Of a stretch of 64,000 nucleotides of DNA, positions 1 through 10,363 are shown in pieces; the first letter of the stretch is position 1, and every line of letters starts with the position of its first letter. The notes beneath the pieces were generated by a model that was given only the letters and a program-made list of their open reading frames with translations, was not told where the DNA came from and searched no databases. Both the position numbers and the translations under genes were made by a program. Source of the DNA: Trichosphaerium sp. ATCC 40318 (Eukaryota > Protista > Tubulinea); assembly GCA_038496445.1 (NCBI GenBank), contig JALMLS010000092.1, positions 46,861-110,860 on the forward strand. The letters run 5' to 3'.

Positions 1-867
1 ATCATATTTCCACTACACTTATACGTAAACAACCAGCAATCAAATGATAAACTGTTTTTGGCTGTTTGAGTACCTTGTTAGCAACATTTTTAAAAGTTGC
101 TTTATCAGCAATACTAAAACAAACAAGAAAAACATCTGTGCCCTTCGATCACGTGTGAGACCAAAAAGAGTGTTGAATTGTATACAATAGAACTCACAGG
201 ATAGCACAGTTGCCTAGTGTCATTACTCTTTGCAGCTGTATCCCATAGCTCTATGTAGTGAAAGTAAATATTCGAATACAACAGTAGCTAGCCACTACAG
301 CGAACCTATAAGTATTTGCTTGCCAAAAACGTCAATTGTTGCGCTGTGTAATTATGTGAATGTTGTTTTTCTCTTAGGGAAAAAACCAACCAGTGAGGGT
401 TAAATCTCCCTGGTGTTGTACCTATAATTATCTAGCACTCTTGGTACTAATTATTAACTATTAGAGCTGTAACTTGGTTAGTAGGGCGTATTGTACTCAG
501 TTGGAAAACTAGAGGTTTTATAGCGCATATCTAAGCATGTTTTGCCTAATTCAATAACGTCAAAAATAATGTTGTTGAAATACAATACCAACACTCTCAT
601 CTCCAACAACCACAATCTTAATACGATACATACCATATTGACCAGGTGTCCACATGAATTAAACCTGATTGTGAAATGTTTCAGCCTTAAGCAGGTTTAA
701 GTTCACCTTTCCGAAAGTTGTTTCTTTTTTTTTTTTTGAGTCAGCGCTCTTTCGTAGGAATGAATAGTTATAGGCTACTAATTGTTGTGAAATAAAGTAC
801 TGAACAGTTGTCTCAGTTGGCACCATAATTAGTGATGGCATTGTTTTCAACACAACTGTTTTTGACA

Positions 868-3525
868 TCTGATTTATATTTATTTATTTATGCACTGCTG
901 TACCTTTGCATTAGCATTGCGCTGTGATCGATAGTTCCTGAATGGTAACACTGCAACTCTTAATCGTTTGATTGAAAATACAAGTACTATAGCTACGATA
1001 GCAAGTACTACAACAGCAGCAACAATGCCAATGATGATAAACAGCATACTCTTTGAGTCACACTTTGATTTGTTAACATTAAAAGTAGCTGCAAATGTCC
1101 CTGAAAAAAATCGTCAGAACAATACAAGTGGTATGTGTGATTGTGTAGCACATACCCATATTTCGAGTTTGATTTGCAGTGACTTCTTCACATTCATTAT
1201 TTTCTGTTTGAGCTGTAATACTTGAAAATGAGCCACTCACACAATCATTTGTGACATTGTATGTGAACAATGTACGACTATTTCCTGTGTTGACAGCATT
1301 ATCGACCTTGATAATGGCATTTCCATCCAAGAGCACACAGCCTAAAATATGATATTAGAAGATATCTTGATGGTTTAGCATCAACGTACTTGTTGCGTGA
1401 ACAACGGCATTGTCAAATACGATTGTGCTTGTAGGCAGCATAGTTAGATTATAAAATTGTACTTGACCTTCAAACACCACTGTCTCTCCAACATCTATAA
1501 CAAGAGTCTCTCCTGTCGGTTGCGTCCATACACCTGTAGCTGTATTGCATGTAAATCTAGGTGTAGGTGCATTACCAATACAAGTTTGTGTGCTTGTAGA
1601 TGTTGGTTGCAATGGAAGTGTAGGTGCGAAAGTTGCAGTTTTGTTTGGACTTATTGGAAATGATGTAGGGCTTGTTGGAGATAATGGAGGTATGGACGTT
1701 GGCGCTGTAGTAGGTACATACGTTGGAGCTATGGTGGGTATGATATCGGTTCCATTTCTCTATATAAGTTAGTACATAGGAGAGGAAGAAAAAGGTAAAG
1801 TACAAATTGATATGCTCCAACATCAATGGCACTAGCGTTTCTTATTCTACCACCTAATCATTTGTTATGAGTAATCAAAACTTGTCACTGATTGCATACG
1901 TAAATCATACCGAGGGACATCAGTATCAGCCCCTATAAAACAAATCAGTACATAGTATTAAAACGATATTTACCTTGAAACAAAAAGACAGGTTGAGATG
2001 TATTTGTCAAGTCATAGTTGCCAAAAGTCATGTTGGCAAAAACATCGACATTATTTAGAAACAAGAATGAAGGTTGAATAGTAGACTTATTAATACTCTC
2101 ATACTCAGAAGCATTCTTGACCAGTAGAATATTCTTCCATGTGTCTATTGTTGATGTAGTGACCAAATCAACAATACCTAATCCAACAGTGACTGACTCT
2201 AATGTGGATTCACAGCCCTCTACTACTGTTACAAAGGTTAGCGCTTCTTTGATTAACAAAAAAGGAGTTGACGGGTGGTACTTGTTAGTGCGTTAGTCAC
2301 TACACTGTTGTATACTTCCAGTCCATCATTGGAGTAACATCTGAATTGCCGTCAGGTTCCCAAATAAGTAGCAAAGATTACCTGAAGACAGTTTCTTTAG
2401 TGGCGTTGGTAGCTTTGAAAAGAGACCTATCTTTAATCGACTTGTTAGTAATCAAAGTATTTAAAAGCAAAAAACCAGTGTACCTATTGTTACATTCGCT
2501 TGTAGTAGACCAAAGACAACTAAAGAAAGCACTTTGTAAATATTACCAATAGAAAAATGGTTCTAAGCTTACTTCGACCTTCACCATTTATGCTTAAAGA
2601 TGTAGCAAAAACTGAGCTTTGTTGCACAAAGAATACTGAGTCCTAAGAGAAGAGTGAGGTGTACTACAAGTAACAACTGTACATACTGCATAAGACAATG
2701 CACCACCTTCATTGATTGATACTGTAGACGCAAAAACATAAATGCTTGTTCGATTGTGTGGAGGACTTACATCTGTCACTTTCATTTGGTTGAGGGATAC
2801 TGTAGCTATTGTTTTCAACAATGTTAGTTGATTCAAATTGCGATTCAAAGGAAAGACGCACATGCAGTAATTCTGAAAGGTATCTCGCTTGAGCCGTTTG
2901 CTGCAAGCCGAAATGAGTCAAACACAATACCCGTGCACTCAGTTATTTCAATGGACTCATACATCCCTCCATTGACAGTAATATTGTCACAATTTAAAAT
3001 TATGAGATCCAACGCGCTACCCTACAACTTGGTTTAGAAAAACAACAAAAAAGTGTTCTAACAAATAAGCACGTGACTCTTTTTCGCACTTTTTTCTAGT
3101 GCTGGGCTACGTACTTTTACGTTTAATATTATATCATCTACTGTGTTTAAAGTGATGTTAATGCTGCTTGTGACATTTATACAGTCAACAGTAGCATTTT
3201 CCTAAAGTCGTAAAGTTACTATTTTTAATACTAAAAGAATAGTAGCCTTTTTGGGCTTGGTTTTTGCTTTCGTTTGGCATACCAGTGCAACTGTTATGTT
3301 GCTAAACTCCACTGAAGGTACTTTTACACAAACTCCGACAGAATAGTTCACAAATATCGTCAAAGTAATCAATACGCATGGAAATACAGCGCTTAAGAGC
3401 GTCCAAGGTAGTTTAGGTTGTTTTGCCATCAATTTATATCAAAACCGCTTAAACTGAGTTTTGTAGTTGCAATGTCACTATACGGAAGTTTTGAGTGCGT
3501 ATTGTTCTGTTTTTGAGCGTTAATC
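868..3525. repeat. Segmental duplication unit 1 (direct repeat of about 6081-8725)
   Basis: Near-identical sequence including introns at about 868-2225 vs 6081-7430 and 3115-3525 vs 8325-8725; the middle part is diverged. Confidence 0.9.
880..3429 (-). CDS. Multi-exon type-I membrane glycoprotein, copy A (signal peptide, beta-rich ectodomain, Pro/Thr stalk, 4-Cys juxtamembrane domain, TM helix, short basic tail)
   Basis: ATG at 3429 gives MAKQPKLPWTLLSAVFPCVLITLTIFVNYSVG. Stalk PTIAPTYVPTTAPTSIPPLSPTSPTSFP; TM SMLFIIIGIVAAVVLAIVAIVLVFSI followed by KRLR; TAA at 880-882; GT-AG introns; paralogue at 6093-8641. Confidence 0.8.
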
Positions 3526-3767
3526 TAAGTCCTAATCAGTCAGTTTCCGACTTTCAACATGGAACATTGTTGGGTCAAAGAGCAACTCTATGTATGCTTG
3601 TATCTTATACTATAAACTGTGCAGATGGCATTGTAGAGATTCTAGTGCCTCAAAATTACTTTAATTTCACAGATTGCCTTTCGGCGCACCATCAGAGGAT
3701 GGTTTTAGGTAAGTACTAGAATGCGTCTCTATCAACACAACCATAATAAAGTTCAAACACATTTATC

Positions 3768-4298
3768 GGGGCAGCATCGCTTTTGAGACAGTTTCAGAAA
3801 TTCCGAAATTGTTGAAAAAGTTTGTTTTGAAAAAAATTGCTTTGACTGTCGGTACTTTTCCTCCGCACAGCACCAACGAATCGCAAAATGGTTTTTAAAC
3901 CTATAAGTATAGGATTTGACACGAAATAACATTATTTTGTTTTAGCGTTAAGCCTGATTTTTCGGGAGTGGTTGTGAGCATAGGTAGCCTTGTGCAACTA
4001 TGCAAGCTATAACATTAGTATACCCTTATGGAGTACTTCAAATGAGCATAAAAGCAGAAAGTCACGTGCGTGCTACAAATCAGAGTGGCCTTTTAAAAAG
4101 TAGGCTTAGCGCTAAAATAAAATAGTGTTATTTCAAGTCAAATCCTATAGAATACTAGTTAAATGTTCATAATAACAATTTTTGGTTAAGACGGTTCTGA
4201 GGTGAGTAAAAACGTCTCAAAGATTCTCGAAATGCCGTAAATATCAAAAATCAAAAATGTCGTAATTTTCGAAACTGTCTCAAAAGCGATGCTGCCCC
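3768..4298. mobile_element. MITE (non-autonomous DNA transposon), 531 bp
   Basis: Perfect 28-bp terminal inverted repeat GGGGCAGCATCGCTTTTGAGACAGTTTC (3768-3795 / 4271-4298); 3-bp flanking direct repeat ATC (3765-3767, 4299-4301); internal imperfect inverted repeat 3908-3955 / 4102-4149; no coding capacity. Confidence 0.85.
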
Positions 4299-4351
4299 AT
4301 CAACGATGATTTTATTCATACATTCTTACATTCAACAGTACGTTATTTCGA

Positions 4352-4747
4352 CTAATACCCGTATGTAACTGAAACAGCACAATCTACAGGATTAGTACTT
4401 CTACATATCTGGTGTGTATAAGAGCCTCCAAATGATTGGTCATAACGTCTTTGTTTACGCCAAACTTTCCATTGAGATCTGTCAACAAAGCTGAAGGAAC
4501 GAAGTCTTCCTGACCACTCATACCTACGAGGTAAATACACTTGCAAATATTTACGCTCTGTTGTGCGCATTCTTTGTGTATAAATGCACTCAGTATCATA
4601 AGTATCACTGTAAGCCTCTACTCCAGCAAATGCTTTTCCTTTGTATGTTTTTGCACATACAGCAACTACTCTGTCTGTTCTATCACGGTATGCTGCAATT
4701 ACAGTCAAAGAAACAACAAGAAGAATTGCGTAGAGAGATGTTGCCAT
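4352..4747 (-). CDS. Small intronless secreted protein, 131 aa, basic and aromatic-rich, 4 Cys, unknown function
   Basis: Uninterrupted ATG-to-TAG ORF with a clear signal peptide (MATSLYAILLVVSLTVIAA); no family recognised. Confidence 0.65.
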   Translation of the reverse strand: MATSLYAILLVVSLTVIAAYRDRTDRVVAVCAKTYKGKAFAGVEAYSDTYDTECIYTQRMRTTERKYLQVYLPRRYEWSGRLRSFSFVDRSQWKVWRKQRRYDQSFGGSYTHQICRSTNPVDCAVSVTYGY

Positions 4748-4973
4748 GCTTGTTTATGGTTTACTGATATGGTAAATAAAAGTACATTTTTGTTCTTCAT
4801 TTGCCAAATTAGGAACACTGTTGTTAAGCTTCCATTAGTTGAATAGTTACATAATGTAAAGAGAATGCACAATAAGGTTTACGGTTCTATTGTGTGGACG
4901 TTATCCCAAGTGATATCGAACAAAGGGTGGTCTTAGCCTTGCTTCAACACTGCCAAAAAACACTAATTCCGTA

Positions 4974-5223
4974 CGGACCCACGTTTTTCGAAAGAAAAAA
5001 TTCGAAAAAATAGAATTCGATACAAAAACCGAATGCCTATACCCACCAATGGATCACTATATGTGAGCGAAGGTCGGGTTCTAGTTCCGAGCACAGCGAG
5101 GACCCGACCGTAAGTGAATCAGGCGCTTTCTAGTTTAGTGGACTGCCCTAGCTATGCATCTTTCTACGAATTCTATTTTTTCGAATTTTTGTTTTCGGAA
5201 AATTCGGAAAAAACTATGGCCCC
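4974..5223. mobile_element. MITE-like element, about 250 bp, 8-9 bp target-site duplication (MULE- or hAT-like)
   Basis: Direct repeat ATTCCGTA at 4966-4973 and 5224-5231; long subterminal inverted repeat about 4985-5020 / 5167-5202; central GC-rich hairpin 5072-5109; the extreme termini match only imperfectly. Confidence 0.7.
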
Positions 5224-5575
5224 ATTCCGTATCTTTCAAATTTCCTAGCAAATCACGCACATAGGAGGAATATGAATCTTGTTACAGTAAACCGCTTCCC
5301 AAAACTTAGGGTTCTCTTCTGCACGCAACAATTTTTTTGGGTTTTCAACACTAATTGACACGATCAACGTAACATAAAATACTAAGTCACATTTTCAAAA
5401 GAGCTACCAGAAGGTATTTGTTTTCTCTTAGAACGTAGTTGATCGTACGGATATGCATTAAAAGAACGCTATTGCACAAGTAATCATACAACAGAATAGT
5501 ATCTACTTTAGAAACCAACTATTCATGTGACAAGTCAATAAAAATGAACAAAAAAAATCAAGTTTGTACAAGAAA

Positions 5576-6044
5576 TCATTGATCATCTTGTACTGTGCGG
5601 TCGTTGTACATAGCACGTATCTCAAGCTCATAAACGGGCAACGCCTGGTTGGGAGAGTATAAGAACCATTCCATGTATCGAGGGGAGCTGTTACTATCGT
5701 ATCCAGGAGTAGGTTGCAGTCCAGGTGTTTTCTAAGTAAAAAATCAAACAATGATCACTTGCTTTGGTTTACATACTTTGTTGACAAGGTTGGTTTTGCC
5801 TGGAAGTACGCGAAACATGAGCACTGTAACAGTGTATCCTGATCTCATAGGCGGTGAGTAATCCATTTGGGCGAGAGTATTTAAGACAGTAGTCCACATA
5901 TTGTGATACATAGATTCCCTTTGTACTGTCACCAAACCATCCTGTTTTTAACAGTTATTAGTCAAAAAGTAAGTACTTCCACTTCCACGCACCACTGTCA
6001 GTCGCAGTAGTACTGTTGTTTTCACTATGACCAATAGGAAGTAG
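5576..6044 (-). pseudogene. 5'-truncated, frameshifted PARP-like ADP-ribosyltransferase catalytic domain
   Basis: Three spliced exons give LLPIGHSENNSTTATDSGWFGDSTKGIYVSQYVDYCLKYS..(frameshift)..TVTVLMFRVLPGK..PTPGYDSNSSPRYMEWFLYSPNQALPVYELEI..TGA. These match the PARP-fold motifs FG..GIY, xVLxG, GYDS, ExxxY and QxxPxY. Confidence 0.7.
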
Positions 6045-6080
6045 CTAAGGGTTTTGACATGCAGTTCAATGAAGGTGTTT

Positions 6081-8725
6081 TCTGATTTATATTTATTGTT
6101 TTAGGCACTGCTGTACCCTTGCATTAGCATTGCGCTGTGATCGATAGTTCCTGAAAGGTAACACTGCAACTCTTAATCGTTTGATTGAAAATACAAGTAC
6201 TATAGCTACAATAGCAAGTACTACAACAGCAGCAACAATGCCAATGATGATAAACAGCATACTCTTTGAGTCACACTTTGATTTGTTAACATTAAAAGTA
6301 GCTGCAAATGTCCCTGAAAGAAAGAGTCAGAACAATAAACATTGATGAGTTTTAGCATACCCATGTTTTGAGTTTGATTTGCAGTTACTTCTTCACATTC
6401 ATCATTTTCTGTTTGAGCTGTAATACTTGAAAACGAACCGCTCACACAATCATTTGTGACATTGTATGTGAACAATGTACGACTATTTCCTGTATTGACA
6501 GCATTATCAATCTTGATAATTGCATTCCCGTCCAAGAGTACACAGTCTGAAATATGATATTAGAAGATATCTTGATGGTTGCATCAACGTACTTGTTGCG
6601 TGAACAATGGCATTGTCAAATACGATAGTGCTTGTAGGCAGCATGGTTAGATTATAAAATTGTACTTGACCTTCAAACACCACTGTCTCTCCAACATCTA
6701 TAACAAGAGTCTCTCCTGTCGGTTGTGTCCATACACCTGTAGCTGTATTGCATGTAAATATAGGTGTAGGTGCACTACCAATACAAGCTTGTGCGCTTGT
6801 AGATGTTGGTTGCAATGGAAGTGTAGGTGCGAAAGTTGCAGTTTTGTTTGGACTTATTGGAAATGATGTAGGGCTTGTTGGAGATAATGGAGGTATGGAT
6901 GTTGGGGTTGTGGTAGGTACATACGTTGGAGCTATGGTGGGAATGAAACCGGTTCCAGTTCTCTATATAAGTTAGTACATAGGAGGGGAAGAAAAATCTA
7001 AAGTACAAATTGATATGCTCCAACATCAATAACACTGCTGTTTCTTATTCTACCACCTAACCATTTCTTATGAGTAATCAAAACTTGTCACTGATTGCAT
7101 ACGTAAATCATACCGAGGGACATCAGTATCGGCTCCTATGAATAAATGAGCATATGTCTCGGTGTATCAATATTTACCTTGAAACAAAAAGACAGGTTGA
7201 GATGTATTTGTCAAGTCATAGTTGCCAAAAGTCATGTTGGCAAAAACATCGACATTATTTAGAAACAAGAATGAAGGTTGAATAGTAGACTTATTAATAC
7301 TCTCATACTCAGAAGCATTCTTGACCAGTAGAATATTCTTCCATGTGTCTATTGTTGATGTAGTGACCAAATCACGAATACCTAATCCAACAGTGACTGA
7401 CTCTAATGTGGATTCACAGCCCTCTACTACTATTGAAAGTGTTAGATTTTTGTATTTCAAAAAAAACTGTGTCAACAATGTACTTGTGAGAGTGTCAGTG
7501 AGTACACTGTTGTATACTTCCACACTTTCATTTGACGAACACCTAACTATATCAGTGACCCAATGGCAATAAAAATTACCTGAATATAGAGAACGTGGTG
7601 GTATTGGAGCCTCTACAAATAGCCTTATCTTGACTCAATATGTAAGTAATCAATAATACTCAGAAAAAAAAACAAAGTGAGCGTACCCAGTGTTACGTTT
7701 GATTCTTCTAAAGTAAAGAGAGCTAAAAAGTACATAAATATTCTATCAAAAACAATAAAAGTTTACATTTGCCATCACTTATGATATTATACGAAGTAAA
7801 ATGAATGGAACTGGTTTTCACATAGAATGTCACCTCCTCAAAAGTAAAGTAAATTTTTACAGAACAATATACTAAAACAACGTACTGCATCAGACTGCGT
7901 CTCTCCCTCGGTGATTGAGACTGAAGAATCAGCAATATGCATAGTTGTTCGATTATCTGGTATAGCGTTCACATCTATTAATTTCAGTCTCGAAAGTGAT
8001 GCTGTCGCTATTTTTCTAATAGTTAGTTGATGTAATACTTAACCCTTTGAAATAACGCACATTTAAACACTCTGAAAGGCACGTGACTTGACCAGTTTGA
8101 CGAAATCGTAAATGCACTAAACACAACATCCTGGCACCCGTTTAATTCAACATACTCGTACTTCCCTCCATTGACGGTAATGTTTTGACTGTTTCGAATA
8201 TCTAGATTGGACAGAGTGGTCTAGAATGAGTTAAGAAAAAAGAAGACCAATAGGACATTTTTTTTCTCATTTTCTTTTTTGTGCATTGTTGTACTATCTG
8301 AAAAAAACCGTTTGGACTACTTCATACTTTTACGTTTAGGACTATATCATTCACTGTGTTTAAAGTGATGTTAATGGTGCTTGTGACATTTATACAGTAA
8401 ACAGTAGCATTTTCCTAAAGTCGTAAAGTTACTATTTTTAATACTAAAAGAGAATAGCCTTTTTGGGCTTGGTTTTTGCTTTCGTTTGGCATACCAGTGC
8501 AACTGTTATGTTGCTAAACTCCACTGAAGGTACTTTTACACAAACTCCGACAGAATAGTTCACAAATAGCGTCAAAGTAATCAATGCGCATGGAAATACA
8601 GCGCTTAATAGCGTCCAAGCTAGTTTAGGTTGTTTTGCCATCAATTTATATCAAAAACCGCTTAAACTGAGTTTTGTAGTTGCAATGTCACTGTCGGTGT
8701 GTATTGTTCTGTTATTGAGCAGTTA
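6081..8725. repeat. Segmental duplication unit 2
   Basis: Direct repeat of 868-3525. Confidence 0.9.
6093..8641 (-). CDS. Multi-exon type-I membrane glycoprotein, copy B
   Basis: Same architecture as 880-3429; ATG at 8641 (MAKQPKLAWTLLSAVFPCALITLTLF), TAA at 6093-6095. Confidence 0.8.
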
Positions 8726-9088
8726 ATTCTCAGCGCGTTTTGTAAGTGACTTGATGTTGACCCAATGCAGTATTCTTTGAATTGGTCGATTGGCTATTAC
8801 AAAAGTGTTGAGTGCCCGCCATAAGCTTGCGCAGGTGGACACTAAGATACCAGCACACGACATCATCCAGGATTAATGCAACTTCACTGTCTGGATTATA
8901 CGCAGGAAAGTCTACATTCCGCTTGCCTGTGGTAGGTCGTCGACATGCCTTGTAGCCTGGCGTTAGCTCTTTACTCACGGCACCTTTTGGTTTGCGGAAC
9001 ACTCAATTTTGGCAGATTCCAGTTTTTGTTATCTGTTGACCCACATGGACAATCACAATAACTGTTATAAACCGACCAACGCTTTGAT

Positions 9089-10155
9089 ATGACCACAGTA
9101 TCCATAAAAGATGTACAAAATACTCTAAGGTAAAAAAATCAGCTATCTACAACCTTAAAACTTATCAAAAGCGTACTAGTACTCCTGAAAACCTTTTAGA
9201 ATTGCCCACAGAGGTTCTAGCAACCATACTGAAGCATACAACTACCGCTCGCTATGCAGCAGCTCAAAGCTGCCGTATGCTAGCTTCTATCATTCACGAC
9301 ATAACGGGATACTCAATGGCAATGATAAATACCTTATCTCAGGCCGAAGCACTTTCAAAACACGTGGGCGTTGTAAGACATACAAAAATCATCATGAGAT
9401 GCCGTTTACCTGATGATTTCATGAGGCACCTTTCGAATGTTGGGACTATATTCTTTTCTCCAGATTCAGTGACAGACAGTGGCCTTAAACAACTCAAAAA
9501 TGTGAATTCGATAGTACTAACTAAGAACCCGATATCAGACGAAGGCATCAAAGTACTTCCTGGCGCTCATTTAATTTACCTTTCCCATACTTTAGTAACG
9601 GATGTTGGTGTAAAAGCACTTGCAGGTGTTCATACAATTGACATTTCTCATACTTCGGTGACTGATGAAGGCGTCAAAGCTCTTGCTGGCGCTTATTCAG
9701 TGGATCTGTCTTATACTTCAGTGACAGATGAAGGCATCATTGCGCTAGCTGGTGTTAGCATTATTCATCTTAAAGGTACAGCTGTAACAGACAAAGGTTT
9801 AAAGGCTCTGTCTGGTGTATCGGGTATTGACCTAGGGTGTTGTGACGGAATATCAGATGAGGGTATTAAGGCACTCGCTGGAGTTCATGTAATTTACCTT
9901 CATGATACCTCAGTGACAGACGAAGGCGTCGTGGCCCTTTCTGGAGTTAAAACAATCAATCTTGCTGCTACTTCAGTATCTGACAGAGGTATAAAAGCAC
10001 TTGCTGGAGTTTTCATGATTGATCTTACTGGATGCCGGAATGTAACGGATGAAGGCATAAAACCTCTTTGTGGTGTTAAATACATTCACCTTAGTGGTAC
10101 TTTAGTTACAGGTGAATGTGCCAACATCTTGAAAGGTGCCTACATCGTTAGATAA
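9089..10155 (+). CDS. F-box + 22-residue LRR protein
   Basis: ATG at 9089 plus a predicted 50-nt intron 9130-9179 gives MTTVSIKDVQNTLSTPENLLELPTEVLATILKH (F-box-like LxxLPxEVLxxIL). About 10 repeats of VTDEGVKALAGVHTIDLSHTS follow in one 976-nt exon; TAA at 10153-10155. Confidence 0.8.
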
Positions 10156-10363
10156 ATAAAGTAAAAACTATGTGCTTGCTTTTTCTTTTCTTCTACTCCA
10201 ATGAGGCAACAGGCGTCATGTACTACGTCCAATTGTATGACGAAAAAAGTGTTTGTAGATTCAACCTTTTTCATTGCGTGAAAGTCTCAATTGAGCACGT
10301 GAGAGGAAAATAATTGACTCTTCATTTCGCCAAAAAAACCAGATTAGAACAAAACGGCACGAG

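Noticed and set aside
380-540. tRNA-like fragments (GAGGGTTAAATCTCCC, ACTCAGTTGG)
   Set aside because: Arms are in the wrong order and no cloverleaf or acceptor stem can be formed.
8730-9002. 90-codon ORF with slightly higher GC
   Set aside because: Non-ATG start, no recognisable motif and no supporting splice structure.
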